Shown here: positions 34,898 to 48,589 of the stretch, piece by piece | Layout of the letters: every line of letters starts with the position of its first letter | Numbering within the stretch: the first letter of the stretch is position 1 | Source: Eledone cirrhosa | Taxonomy: Eukaryota | Direction of reading: 5' to 3' | Length of the DNA stretch: 64,000 bases | NCBI GenBank assembly: GCA_964016885.1 | Contig: OZ024744.1 | Location: 78,244,001-78,308,000, forward strand | The notes under the pieces: generated by a model | Told to the model about the DNA's origin: nothing | Seen by the model: the letters and a program-made list of their open reading frames with translations, nothing else | Databases searched by the model: none | Made by a program: the position numbers and the translations under genes

Positions 34898-35197
34898 TGT
34901 AACGTTTTTCGAAATATTTACTTCTGCGTTCACAGATTGATTTTTTTTACTTTCAGAAGAGCTCGTTAAGGGTGAAAGCAGCGATTCTTTGCTTAAACTT
35001 TAATCTGTTATTTTTATATATATATATATATAATTATATATTCGTGTACAGATATTTTTGCATACACAATAACAAAATATAAACAAACGTATTTATTTCA
35101 CGAGGCTCGATGAGGATAAATATATATCAAATATATAAGAACGCTAGAGCAAATCCCGAGCAACTCCCGGCCGCCATTCTACTATATATATATATAT

Positions 35198-35247
<50 letters not shown>

Positions 35248-35315
35248 CGAAGGAGTTGTGGTAAGGAACCAGATGGACCAAACGCACCAGAGTACTCAAT
35301 ACTTAGCGTAGTAGA

Positions 35316-35348
<33 letters not shown>

Positions 35349-35745
35349 TTCATTATTTGTATATATATATATATATATATATATATTTCCGATCTGCTTG
35401 TTTATTGCATTATTTCTGAAGACGGCGTATATATGAGTTAGGTATGTATATTTAATCTTGATAATTTGTATAATTTTGTATAATTTTGTACATAGATCTG
35501 TTAAATGTGCATACCAATTATAACACATATATACCCTAGAAACGATCGTTAAATAGTGAACTTTTTTTGTTTAATATAAGGAATTGTTTGTTCATTATTT
35601 GTTTAATATTTTATCTTGACTCTGTATACCGTTTATCTTTCACCGAAAGTGGATTTTCATTACATCTCTTCTTTCCATGATATCCGGAATACATTGAGTT
35701 CTTCATACGGATTGGACACTACCGTAAACTCTTGGTAGATTTATC

Positions 35746-35835
<90 letters not shown>

Positions 35836-35910
35836 AGGTAAACAAAAATAACAACACAATTGGTACAGTATATGGAAGGTAGGTTAACGCTTGATATAGC
35901 AGGAAGAGGG

Positions 35911-35947
35911 TCTTAACGTTTCGGACGCTAGTCCTTCATCAGAAAGA
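35911..35947 (-). ncRNA. Minimal type I hammerhead in the PLE 3' pLTR
   Basis: Minus strand: TCTTT CTGATGA aGGAC tagc GTCC GAAACGTT AAGA. Confidence 0.8.
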
Positions 35948-36443
35948 ATGAGAAATAAAATAGATTGAGGGGACGGGTGGGATGGAATTTGAAAAAAATG
36001 TCTTTAGATAAAAATAACAGGTCCATTCATGTTGACATCTCTTGCAAAACTGTTGGTGCTGGCGTTTTGTGTATGATTTGTATTTTAAAAAAGTAGATGA
36101 TGGAGCACGTCTACCTGAAATGGAAAAAAAAAAACATGTTGTAAAAAGAGCTATACTTGTGCACGTGTGTAAGCAAATGTTTGTGTGTGTGTGTGTGTGT
36201 TATAGGTTTCTACGAAGCTAAGAAGAAATGTGTGTGTATATGTGAGTAAAAGAGTGTGTGTGCATGTCAGTAGGAAGCTATGAGCAAAAGTATGTTAATA
36301 TAAGGGTGTATATGTGTGTATACAGAGCAGTGAAGGGAAAAGTGGAGTGAGCATATATAGTTGGCATGTATTAGTAGTAAGAGAAGCTGCTAATGATCAA
36401 GAGAAAGCGATAGGAATCTAGGGGTGTGATAATGGACGGGGTA

Positions 36444-39217
36444 TTAGAGAAATTGGGGAGGTGAGTTGAGTCCAAGAGGGGAATAGGACCCAAGACGGTG
36501 AATCAGACTTTGTTCAGTCCTGGTGCGCAAGGCCTGTGATCCATGATGTAAAAGGACACCCAGGACTGAAACATGTAGGGAAGAATGACCAGGAGAACAG
36601 AAATGACGGGCGACAGGAGTATCCAAACCGAGTCGTATGTCCCTCAAATGCTCGGCAAAACGATCCGCCATACGGCGTCCCGTTTGTCCGATATATAAAG
36701 ACCCACAAAGGGACCACCAGAGGGCATAGACAATGTGGATGGATGGGAAGGTGAAGAAATGGCGGATACGGAAAGACCCGTTAGGGCCTGTAAGAGTGGT
36801 GAGGGTGGAAATAAACGGACTGTGTTGAAGCGGGAACAGGAACAAGGATGAGAGCTGGGTGGAGTCTTGAGAGAGGACAAAAAGGAACTGCGAACCAGGA
36901 GGTCACAGAGATTGCGGGCGCACTTAAAAGCAGTAATGGGTGGGTTTGGAAAAAAGCGAGAAGTGACGGAATCAGAAGAGAGGATACAGAGGATATGTCG
37001 CCGGACAGGTAGGGTGATGGGGTGGTAGGTGAGAGGGAAAGGAACACGGGTGTTGGGAGGGCGGGGTAGAGGTGACAGGGCTGTGGTGCAGTCTGTTTCA
37101 CGGGCGCGGGTGAGAACAGCTTGGATCAAGGTGGGGGAGGATATCCATGCTGGAGGAAGCAGGAAGCCATGCAAAGGAAATGGGTTTTGAAATCGTCGTC
37201 CTGGCTTCAGAGTCGACGTAGACGGAGGAATTGGGAATAGGGTATGGAGTGTTTGGTGTGGGTTGGATGGGAGGAGGTGAAGTCGAGGTAAGATTGAGAG
37301 TCTGTTGGTTTAATGAAGATGGAAGTAGAGAGGGTGTGGTGAGAGTGATTAATAGATAGAGAGATATCTAGAAAAGCGACAGAAGAATCGGAGACGGAGT
37401 CGGTGAAATTGAGAGCAGGATGGAAAGATAGGACAAAAGAAAGAAAACAGTTGAGCTGTTCTCGTTATAGAGAGGTGGTGCTCATACAGTCGTCGATATA
37501 ACGACCGTATAGCTCAGGAGTCAGTCCAGCGTACTGGGAGAAGATCTGGGCTTCGACGTAGCCAACAAACAAGTTGGCATAGTTTGGACCCATTCTGGTT
37601 CCCATCGCTACCCAGAGATCTGCTGGTAAAATTCACCCGCAAAAAGAAAATCCATTGAGGGTGAGAACAAGCTCAGCCAGACGGAGAAGAGTGGTAGTGC
37701 TGGGGTAAGGGGTAGGGCGTAAATCTAAAAAATGCTGGAGAGTGCGGACGCCGTCATCATGAGTGATGACGGAATAGAGAGAAGTGATGTCCAGGGTAAA
37801 GAGAAGGTGGGAGGGACCAGGAGGGAAGGAGAAAGAGTTGAAGAGTCTAAGGGCATGGTTTGTATCGTGGATGTGGGAGGGGAAATTGATGACCAACGGG
37901 GCGAGGATGGTGTCTAAATATTCAGAAATTATCTCGGTGGGGCAGTTGAACGCAGAAACGATAGAACGGCCGGGATTATTTTGTTTGTGTATTTTGGGGA
38001 GGAAGTGGATGGTGGGTGTGCGAGGGGTGCGTACAATAAGGTTGGTGGCTGTGGGGGTTAGGTGAGAAGAGGAGATGAGCTCGTGGATGGTGGAGGACAC
38101 AAGTTGTTGGTAGCCAGGAGTGGGGTCGGAGGATAAAGGGCGGTAAAAAGGGTATTGTGAAGCTGGCGCAGAGCCTCAGCCCTATCGAGGTCAGCGCTCC
38201 AAACTACCACAACGCCACCTTTGTCAGCGGGTTTGATAAAAATGTTGTCATGACGCTGAAGGTTGCAAAGAGCGGAGAGCTTAGTCCGCGTGATGTTAGA
38301 GCGACGAGAATGCTGGTGGGAACGGAACCGATTCACAGTACGCCGGCAAGTATCGACAAAGGAGTCGAGGTGCTGAACTGGCCAGAGCTCGGCGTCCAAT
38401 GTGATTGCCGGTGACTGAGACGAGTGAAGTCATCCGTCTGTGTCGATGATGGCGTGTCGGGAAAAAAAGCTTTCAGCTTTAATCGACGGAAGAACCCTTC
38501 AATCACGGCACGTGTGTGGAACTCATTGCAGGTAGACGTGGTTGGTATAAAACGCAAACCACGGGCGAGGAGGAAGCACTCAGCTTCAGAGAGTGGTAGG
38601 TCCTGGGGTATGGTGACTACAGTGCAGGGACGTGAAAAAGTAAAAGAGGCGGAGGGGTCAAGGTGGTTGGGCAAAGCGTGTGCAGATTCAGTGGTAGCTG
38701 ACGGGATAGAGGGGTTAGAGTTGGAGGTGATATGAGTATGGGTGGTGACGGCAGGCGGGGAGCGGAGAGAGTCGAGTTTATGATTTTTTACGGAAGTGAG
38801 GAAATTGAAAAGGAGGCAATTGAGGTAAAGGATGAATTGGATAAGGGATTGGGCGAGGAAAGGGTGGCAAGTGGAGGAGAGATGGAGGTAGGCCTTGGGG
38901 AGATTTCGGTCAAGAGAACGGATTTGGGCGAGAGTTGATCGAATGGTCGCCCGCATGAGCTGGCGAGAGGAGCGGGTAAGGATGGGCAAAGTGGTGGGAG
39001 CAGAGTAAGAGGGGGGTGAAACTTGAGGCGGAAACCATGGGGAATGAGGTGGTGGTGGAGACAGTGACCCTAAAATGTGATGTGTCTGTTGTATCATGTT
39101 TTGGTGAAGATGAGGTTGGAGAGATGCAGGGAGGATTGGATGTATATAGGGTGAGAGGTTGGAGGAAGCGCTTAGAGTAGAATGGAGCTGGCGGAGAAAA
39201 GATTTGAGATTGGGCAT
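36444..39217 (-). pseudogene. PLE reverse transcriptase/GIY-YIG endonuclease ORF, disrupted
   Basis: Five overlapping minus-strand ORF pieces carry collinear PLE motifs. Confidence 0.9.
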
Positions 39218-39966
39218 ATTGAAAGTACTAGGGTGGGAGTGAAAAATAGATGGCTGAGAAGAAGAAGGTGGTGTAAGAAGATTGTAGTAGAGGAAAAGTG
39301 GTAGAGAGTCATGGAATATTTAAATGCAAATATATATATATTTACAAATTTCTACCCTGCCACCACCATCACCATCGCCAGATACAAACATTCAATTTAT
39401 TTCAATAGAAAGTCTGAACTTTGACACCTGAGCACATCAGCCATACTCTCATTGAACCAGAACGATTTCTCCTCTTCCCATTATCTTTTGTTTGGCACAA
39501 AACTCTCTATGAAGAACCACCTATATTATATGGCCAATCATGTGACTGTGAAAATGGAAATAAATCACACTTATAAAAAAACACCAATTTCAACCACATT
39601 TTTAAAGGCAAATACAAGAAGAAGTTTGTAGCACCAACTGGCACAAAATTTATTCAACCAAATTATTTTTTTTTAAAAACCCAGCAGTTCAAGCCACTCT
39701 TTCCCATAAAACAGAAATAACTTTCAAACACCAACCAGAGCAAGTAAAGCCACAAACCCTCCATCTCATTTTACTTTTGAAAAGCATAAGAACTGTGAAA
39801 CCGGTGACGGAAACAAATAAATATTATTAAAAAGACTCCAGTTGCATTTTCGATTTCTTTTCCTTATATTTTCACTCATGTAGGACATCTCGTTTTTTTT
39901 TATTTAAAAAAAACACCTCATTTTCTTATATATATATATTTATATATATATATATATATATGTATG

Positions 39967-40000
<34 letters not shown>

Positions 40001-40189
40001 TGTATGTATGTATGTATGTATGTATGTATGTATGTGTGTGTGAGTGGTGTGTGTGTTTGTATGCATGAGTGTTGGTGTGTGAGTGGCGTGTGTGTTTGTA
40101 GTGTGTATGCATGAGTGTTGGTGAGTGTGTGTGTGTGTGTGTGCGTATCGTGTCAATAAGTGAGGTTTTTTTTTTTTTTTATGACCATG

Positions 40190-43100
40190 CTGTAAAATGG
40201 AGGGGTAGGGAGGGCCTTTGAGTCTAGTAAGACATCCTCTCTAGTGCTGGTGGCACAAATAAAAGCACCCAGTCCATGCTGTAAAGTGGCACTGGTGTTA
40301 GGAAGGGCATCCAACCAGTGTATCAATGCCAAAACGATTATTAGCACAGCAACAAGTATATAGGAACAACAAAATATGAAGACGTCACATCTTAGAGTTG
40401 CAACACTTAATGTTGGCACTCTCAGAGGTAGATCTGCTGAAATAGCGGAGAGGCTGGAGAGAAGGCATGTGGATGTGTGCTGCGTGCAAGAGGTGAGATG
40501 GAGAGGTGCCTCTGAGAGATTAGTCGTAGGCAAACATCTTAGCTATAAGCTTTTCTGGGTAGGTAAGGATGATGGGTTAGGGGGAGTAGGCATTTTCCTG
40601 GCTGAGAGATGGATCAATAAGGCAATAGAGGTAGTTTGAGTTAGTAATCGAATAATTAAGCTTAGATTAGTTGTAGGTAGGAGACTACTGACAATCATCT
40701 CTGCCTATGCCCCCCAAGCTGGCCTAGGCAAAGAAGAGAAAGACTGCTTTTACGAGCAACTTTTACAAACAACCGCAATGACAGAGGACGGAGACATCTT
40801 TATGCTAGCAGGGGACTTCAATGGTCATGTTGGACAGCTCCAGGATGGTTACACTGGGGTACATGGTGGGCATGGTTGCGGCTCAAGAAATGAAGAAGGA
40901 ATGAGACTTCTTGAATTTTGTGATACAAGTACATTGACTATTTGCAACACTAACTTCCAGACACCTGCCAACCACCTAATAACCTACAAATCTGGCAAGC
41001 ACATAAGGCAGATTGACTTCGTACTAGTTAGGCAGCTGGACAGGCAGATAGTGTCTAATAATACCAAGGCATACCCTGGGAAAGAATGTACCCCACAGCA
41101 TAGGTTAGTCGTTAGTGATATCTCAGTAAGCAAGAGATGGAATGAGACATACAGGAAGGTGTGGAGAAGAAAGGTCTGGAAGCTAAAATACCTTTCACTA
41201 AAATACAAATTTAGGAAAGCCCTTCAAGATGTATATGACGAAAAAGAAGACGATTTAGAGACGTATGACATAGATAATAACTGGAAGTTCTTACGTGACA
41301 ACTTACTGCAGGCTACTGATGAAACTTGTGGCTGGAGCAGAGCTCCAACCAGACAGAGAGTGACCTGGTGGTGGAACAACACAGTAGATAAGGCCATTAG
41401 AGACAAAAGACTAGCATGGAAGGCTTGGAAAAAGGGTGGGAGTAGGGAAGGATATACAGCTGCTAAGAGAGAAGCTAGACGTCAGGTGTACTTAGCACGC
41501 AGGGAGGCTGAGAGTAGGAGGTTTGCCAATGTTCTGCGATGGGAAGATCAGAGGCGTGCAGTGTTCCACATTGCAAGGCAGTGTGTCAATGCAAATCAGG
41601 ATGTTGTTGGAGATAAATGTGTCCGGGATGATGCCGGTGTACTTAGTGTCACGAATGATCAGAAAAAGGAGGCCTGGAAATGTCATTATGAGAGACTGAT
41701 GAATGTGGAGAACGAATGGGAGAGAGAGAAATTACCTTTGGTGGATCCGACAGAGGGACCAGCTATTGAGATTGACGAATATAGGGTCCAAGAGGCGATT
41801 AAGGAAATGAAAAATGGTAAGGCTGCTGGACCATCAGGGATAGTTGCTGAGATGCTGAAGGCATCAGGGGACGTTGGCACTAAACTGGTTGCACGCATCA
41901 TCAATCAGGCTATATATGGTGGTGTGATACCCAAAGACTGGTGCAGCAGTATTCTCATAAATTGCTACAAAGGTAAAGGGGATGCTCTGAAGAGGAGCAA
42001 TTATAGGGGTATAAAACTGATGTATCAGGTTATGAAAGTGGCAGAAAGGATTTTAGCACAACTAATTAGAGAAAGGGTCGATGAGATGCAGTTTGGTTTT
42101 GTGCCTGGGAAGAGTACAACAGATGCCCTCTTCTTGGTGAGACAAATGCAAGAGAAGTTCTTAGAGAAGAATAAGCCACTATACTTAGCCTTTGTTGACC
42201 TAGAGAAGGCCTTTGATAGGGTACCCCGATCTGTCATCTGGTGTCCCTAAGGAAACTAGGTGTTGAGGAATGGCTTGTGAGGACAGTGCAAACTTTGTAC
42301 AGAGGTACTCTCAGTAAAGTCAGGGTATGAATGGAGTTTAGTGAGGAATTCCAGATACAAGTAGGAGTACTTCAAGGTTTGGTTCTCAGCCCGCTCTTGT
42401 TCATTATAGTCCTCCAAGCCATAATAGAGGAGTTTAAGTCCATGGGAATTGCTCTATGCTGATGATCTGGTTCTTATAGCAGAATCAGTAGAGGAGCTAG
42501 AGAATAAATTCTGGCTATGGAAACAGCAGTTGGAAGCAAGAGGACTGAGAATGAACCTAGCTAAGACAAAAGTGCTGATGAGTAGAAAAGAGGACAAAAC
42601 TCTGATTCCATCAGGGAAATGGCCATGTTCGATAGGCAGAAAAGCAACTGGCATAAATTCTATAAAATGCACACAATGCCGATCCTGGGTACACAAGAGA
42701 TGTAGCGGGATAGCAGGCAAACTAACAGGTAGGGAGAAATACGTATGCAGTAGATGTACAGGGAAATTAGACAGTAGAAGTCGCATTGATAGACACATTT
42801 TTCAAATGCAGGCGGGTGCTATAGAAGTGGTGGATAGCTTCCGGTACCTAGGAGATCAGATTAGCATGGGAGGGGGCTGTTCTGAAGCCACAGTATCTAG
42901 AATAAGGACGGGTTGGAAGAAGTTTAGGGTATTGCTTCCTCTGCTGACGAAGAAGGGTTTCTCCCTGCGTACGAAAGGCCGGTTATATAATGCCTGTGTG
43001 AGGAGCACGATACTGCATGGTAGTGAGACATGGACAGCAACTGCAGAGGATATGCGATGGCTGGAGAGAAATGAGGCAAGCATGCTCCGTTGGATGTGCA

Positions 43101-43450
43101 GTGAACGACCCAGCATGAATGTGTTGAGAGAGAAACTGTGTCTGAGAGGGATAGGATGTAGTGTGCGAGATAGGAGACTGAGGTGGTATGGAGATGTGAT
43201 GTGCATGGAGGATGGCCGATGGGTGAAGAAGTGCCAGGAAATGCCAGTTGAAGGAAGACGTGGTAGAGGTAGACCACAAAAAACATGGGCGGAGGTGGTG
43301 ACAACAGACCTCAGATCGCTGAAGTTCGCGGTGGAGATGACGAAGGACTGTGACAAGTGGAGAGATGCTGTGCTGAATAAGGTCCGTCCCACCCTTGCAA
43401 GCAGGGAAGAGTGGATGTAAAATGATGATGATGATGATGATGATGATGAT
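40190..43450 (+). mobile_element. Near full-length RTE LINE (APE endonuclease, RT, PHD-like finger), disrupted
   Basis: LRVATLNVGTL..VQEVRW, GDFNGHVG, IDFVL, QHRLVV, then GPSG, NYRGIKL, QFGF, DLEKAFD, LYADD and LRWYG. It has an in-frame stop at 40639, frameshifts near 42240-42450, and a (GAT)n tail. Confidence 0.95.
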
Positions 43451-43520
43451 ATATATATATATATATATATATGCCACTCTAAATGCTGTAATGAATGTTG
43501 ACCCACAATATTTGCATATG

Positions 43521-43830
43521 TATCGGTATGTCTCTTGGCTGAAAAGGAGGTCATATAACTGTCCATTCATTAATAAATTGCTCCGAAGAATCCAAACCTC
43601 GGTTTGGAGGAAACAGCTGTAAGCACAATAATGTTTTGAACAGTTCTTTGATTTTTATATTTCATATAACTGCTCTGTAAATCATCTGATGTTTTTACAT
43701 TGAGTTACTTAACTTACTGGTAATAAGGTAGTAATACATTACTGCCTACCACTATTTAGGGTTTGTATAAAAATATATATAACTGCAAAAGGTTTTTGTA
43801 TTTTCATAACCATAAATAGTACAATTAATA
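43521..43830 (+). mobile_element. Non-coding hammerhead module (same family as the 55-kb palindrome)
   Basis: Matches the reverse complement of about 54845-55146, and lies between TA runs. Confidence 0.8.
43579..43625 (+). ncRNA. Type I hammerhead with variant core CCGAAGA
   Basis: TGCT CCGAAGA a TCCAAAC ctcg GTTTGGA g GAAA CAGCTG TA AGCA. Confidence 0.7.
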
Positions 43831-43831
43831 C

Positions 43832-43865
<34 letters not shown>

Positions 43866-44399
43866 TATATAGATATATATATATGTATATATATATGTAT
43901 ATATATGTATATATATGTATATATATGTATATGAGATGAAGCTTATCGAATAGAATGGACATAGTCTCAGTCGTTTCCTCACTCAATAATCAATTAATTT
44001 TGTATTATTAAAATTCAAACCCAACAGCTAAGAGTGCACACATGTTAAACAGCGAAGACGATTTCATGTGGGGAAGATAATTGAGAAACCCGGACTGTTG
44101 CATCAGTTTCTGCAGTTCCTTTCTGCTGGCAATGCTCCGAGTGGAACAACCATGTGCAGAATATTAGGTAATGTTTGTATACATTACATAATTTAGTGTG
44201 GAACTGTGTTGTCAGAAGGAGTTTGTCTCCCTGTAATGGAAAGACCCATGTGGCATACTAGTACCTCCAGGCACTGGTTACAAGTGAATGTAGTGGTTTT
44301 CAACTTCTGGCGTTGCGTGATGTCATATCAAAGAGAAGATAAGCCAGGCCTGACCTTTTACATATATGTGGCCGTTGCACCAAAGCCATAAGTAGCAAA

Positions 44400-45420
44400 C
44401 GACCATAGGAAACAAGTGCTATCAAATCCTGGTAAAAGCAATAGACAGCTTGTGCTACCTGGGTGATCAAATTAGGAGTGGAGGTGTGTGTTTGGAAAGT
44501 ACTGCAGCCAGAGTGAGAATGGGATGGAAGGAATTCAGGAAGCTTCTACCACTGCTAGCTAAAAAAGGCTTTTCCCTCAATATGAAAGGCAGACTGTGTG
44601 GTGCGTGCTTATGAACAGCAATGTTGCATGGTAGTGAGACCAGGGCGCTGTGTGCAGAGGACTTGCGAAGATTGGAAATAAATTAAGCTTGCATGCTTTG
44701 TTGGATGTGTAATAGCAATATATGTGAACAACAAAGCATAAACGAACTGAGAGAGAAACTAGGTCATAAGAGGAATCAGATGCAGTGTGCAGGAGAGAAG
44801 ACTGTGTTGGTATGGACGTGTGATGCTTATGAAGGAAGACAGTTGTATAAAAATGTGCAGAATGTTCAAAGTTGATCAAAGCCTTGGAGTGGGGACTTGG
44901 GGTGAAGTGATAAAAGTTGACCTTGCACAATTTGAACTCCTAAAAGGCAAAGACACTTGACCAAAATTTCTGGCTTTATGCAGTAATACAGAAGACCCAC
45001 CTTCCCATGAGCATACGCTGAAGCATACATCTAGTATGCGGCACCTTCTCCTCCACCCCTTATATATATTTCCCACGTCCCAATACTTCGCCTCTATACC
45101 CTCCTCCCCCACAAAAGTCCCCAGCCCACACTGTAAAATGGCAACACGACAAAAAGCATCCAACCCTCACTGAAAAGTGTTCATGAGTGAGTCATGAGGC
45201 AAGATGACAAAAAGTGCCCAGTTCACACAGTAAAGTAATCATGTAGGTGTTATGTCATAAAGCACCCAGCCTCACACTGTGCAGTAATACAGAAGACCCA
45301 CCTTCCCATGAGCATAGACTGAAGCATACATCTAGTATGCACCACCTTCTCCTCCATCCCCCGCTTCTATACACCTCCCATGAGCACAGGCTGAAGCATA
45401 CGTCTAGTCCTAACACTCCA
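44400..45420 (+). mobile_element. Degenerate RTE LINE 3' portion
   Basis: gcaatgttgcatggtagtgagacc..ttggtatggacgtgtgatg and UTR sub-repeats, with a local duplication (44978-45060 / 45279-45360). Confidence 0.7.
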
Positions 45421-45489
45421 GCCCCTCAAACTACACCCCTGTACCCACCTCCTCAATCCCCACACTCTCCCCAATAAAGTAGTAATATT

Positions 45490-46930
45490 CTTGTTGTTAA
45501 GATGGTGTTGTTGTTAGGATGGTGTTGTAGCGTTGTTGTTAAGATGTTCTTGTTGTGTTGTAGTTAAGATGGTGTTGTAGTGTTGTTGTTAAGATGGTGT
45601 TGTGTTGTTCTTAAGATGGTGTTGTAGTGTTGTTGTTAAGATGGTGTTGTAGTGTTGTTGTTAAGATGGTGTTGTGTTGTTCTTAAGATGGTGTTGTAGT
45701 GTTGTTGTTAAGATGGTGTTGTAGTGTTGTTGTTAAGATGGTGTTGTGTTGTTCTTAAGATGGTGTTGTAGTGTTGTTGTTAAGATGGTGCTGTAGTTAG
45801 GATGGTGTTGTAGTGTTGTTGTTAAGATGTTGTTGTAGTGTTGTTAAAATGGTGTTGTTGTGTTGTAGTTAGGATGGTGTTGTAGTGTTGTTGTTAAGAT
45901 GTTGTTGTTGTGTTGTAGTTAAGATGTTGTTGTGTTGTAGTTAGGATGGTGTTGTAGTGTTGTAGTTAGGATGGTGTTGTAGTGTTGTTGTTAAGATGTT
46001 GTTGTTGTGTTGTAGTTAAGATGTTGTTGTTGTGTTGTAGTTAAGATGGTGTTGTAGTGTTGTTGTTAATATGGTGTTGTGTTGTTCTTAAGATGCTGTT
46101 GTAGTGTTGTTAATATGGTGTTGTGTTGTTCTTAAGATGCTGTTGTAGTGTTGTTAAGAGGGTGTTGTAGTGTTGTTAAGATGGTGTTGTAGTGTTGTTA
46201 AAATGGTGTTGTTGTGTTGTAGTTAGGATGGTGTTGTAGTGTTGTTGTTAAGATGGTGTTGTAGTGTTATTAAGATGGTGTTGTAGTTAGGATGGTGTTG
46301 CAGTGTTGTTGTTAGTATGGTGTTGTGGTGTTGTTGTTAAGATAGTGTTGCAGTGTTGTTGTTAGTATGGTGTTGTAGTGTTGTTGTTAAGATAGTGTTG
46401 CAGTGTTGTTGTTAGTATGGTGTTGTAGTGTTGTTCTTAAGATAGTGTTGTAGTGTTGTTCTTAAGATGGTGTTGTAGTGTTGTTGTTAAGATAGTGTTG
46501 CAGTGTTGTTGTTAGTATGGTGTTGTAGTGTTGTTGTTAAGATAGTGTTGTAGTGTTGTTCTTAAGATGGTGTTGCAATTAGGATGGTGTTGTAGTGTTG
46601 TTGTTAAGATGGTGTTGCTGTTAAGATGGTGTTGTTGTTAGGATGGTGTTGTAGTGTTGTTGTTAAGATGGTGTTGTAGTGTTGTGGTTAAGATGGTGTT
46701 GTTGTTAGGATGGTGTTGTAGTGTTGTTGTTAAGATTGTGTTGTAGTGTTGTTGTTAAGATGATGTTGTTAGTATGGTGTTGTAGTGTTGTTGTTAGTAT
46801 GGTGTTGTAGTGTTGTTGTTAGTATGGTGTTGTAGTGTTGTTGTTAAGATGGTGTTGTTGTTAGTATGGTGTTGTAGTGTTGTTAAGATTGTGTTGAAGT
46901 GTTATTGTTAGGACAACATTGTTATAGTGT
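45490..46930. repeat. Minisatellite of gttgttaagatggtgttgtagt-type units (about 17-25 bp), strongly G/T-skewed
   Basis: Directly visible over about 1.4 kb. Confidence 0.95.
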
Positions 46931-48029
46931 TGTTTGGTGTTATTGATATGTCAATAAACTGTGTATCGTTGCAATTATACGTGGTTTTTCATGTTGTGAG
47001 TCGGATAGTTATATTATGATGTATTTGTTTAAGCAATTTGTTGGTTGTCATTGTTGTTTTTGTTGCTATTTTGGTTTGTAGCTTGGCAGACATGCTATCA
47101 TTTTGGCGAGCTGTTTTAAAATGAATGTATAAATAATAAACTTAAGGATATACACAATTGATCTTGGCATCCTGTAGCATAATTTTTGAGCTTATAGTTT
47201 GGTAAATCACGTTTCCGAGTTAAAATCCTAACTTTTATGTCATCTACTTTGTTGCTTAGAGATACAGGATTTGATGTTTGGCTCTTTCATATGCCTAATT
47301 GTTGACATGTTAGTGGTTATTTTTGTTGTCATTATTATAGTGACATCACTGTTGTTGTTGTTGTTGTTGTTGTTGTTTTTGTTGTTGTTGTTGTGATATC
47401 GCAACTGTATCGACACAAAAAGTTAAACCAAAAATATATCCCTAGCTACTTCCAACTACAATCTTTTGGAATTCAATGCTTCCTTCCTCCCTCGTATTTT
47501 CCGCCCCTACTGACATCAATCTACCGGAGTTAAGCTGAAGTATTAACTGCAAGAGTCTTACAAGTTTATAAAAACCTCGAAAATCTATGGACATCATCCC
47601 TCATCTTTAGACTAATTGATATTATTTTAAAAGAATAAATATGTTAACATTCTTTCCTTTTCATTTTAAAGATTTATATTTATTATCTTAATAATTCCAA
47701 AGCATGATTTTAGGCTTCATTTGACCTTCCAAATGTTTCAAATTTTCCTTTTGAGATAAAATTTCATTCAGTGGTAATTTATAAGTTAATCTCCTTGACC
47801 TAAAAACTAAATGTGTTTAACTTGTAACATGTTATAGGATGCTGAAATATGTAAATATTTAATGTGAATAATTTTATAAGGGCTTTTGAATCCAAGAATA
47901 GCAATGAAGAAAGCAAGATTATATCCTTCAATTTAAAGGAAAAGGATTTGAAGACAAAATAGATACTTATAAATGGGTCCATTCAAATTATTACTTTCCA
48001 GGTTTTTTTGTGTCCTTGGGAATGGAATT

Positions 48030-48330
48030 TTAAAGACCCCTTTTGATCTCAAACGACCATGGGATTTGCACCTAGAAAGATGCCCTCTGAGGGACAAGTC
48101 TGTGCAAGGTTGTTTGACCAGCAGTCACCCATACATACCAGTCTCCTCTCTCCATGCCACTGATGTTGTCCAAGGGAAAAGCAATGGCCAATTCAGCTTG
48201 GCACCAGTGACATCGCAACTCCTTTCTAGTGTCTTACTCAAGAACTCAGTGCAAAGCCTGGTTCAAGAATCAAACTCACAACCTCATGATTGTAAGCCTG
48301 ACGCTCTAATCACTAAGCCATGCACCTTCC
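48030..48330 (-). mobile_element. tRNA-derived SINE (family of 16010-16330)
   Basis: The minus strand begins tggcttagtgattagagcgtc, and the body matches 16010-16330. Confidence 0.8.
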
Positions 48331-48589
48331 TGGAAGACAAGGTAGATACTTACAAATGGATCCATTCAAATCATTACATTCCAGTTTTTTATGTCCTTGA
48401 GAATGGAATGAACATGAACATTTCTCATTTCCTTCTCTGAAATTTTAAATCTTAGCTGATCAGGCCAACAGGGTCCCTGCACAAGCCAATGTTGATAAAT
48501 TATACATTGTTATCACAGCAATATTTTGTGAGTAAGACCAAGACACTTAACATTCAATGAACCAGTTCATCTAGATGTAAGTCGAAGCC

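Larger units (their letters stand above)
35830..39330 (-). mobile_element. Penelope-like retroelement, Neptune-like (RT plus C-terminal GIY-YIG), frameshifted
   Basis: IKPADKGG, LPKIHK..PGRSIVS, TLDITSLY, AMGTRMGPNYANLF, YGRYIDD, VAFLD, KPTD..HP..SIPYSQFLRLRR, a Cys-containing linker, and IVYAL..C..LYIGQTGR..DRF.EH..GLN. The 3' pLTR carries a hammerhead. Confidence 0.9.

Noticed and set aside
45490-46930. Telomere-like G/T-skewed array
   Set aside because: There are no (TTAGGG)n units. It is an irregular 17-25-bp minisatellite.
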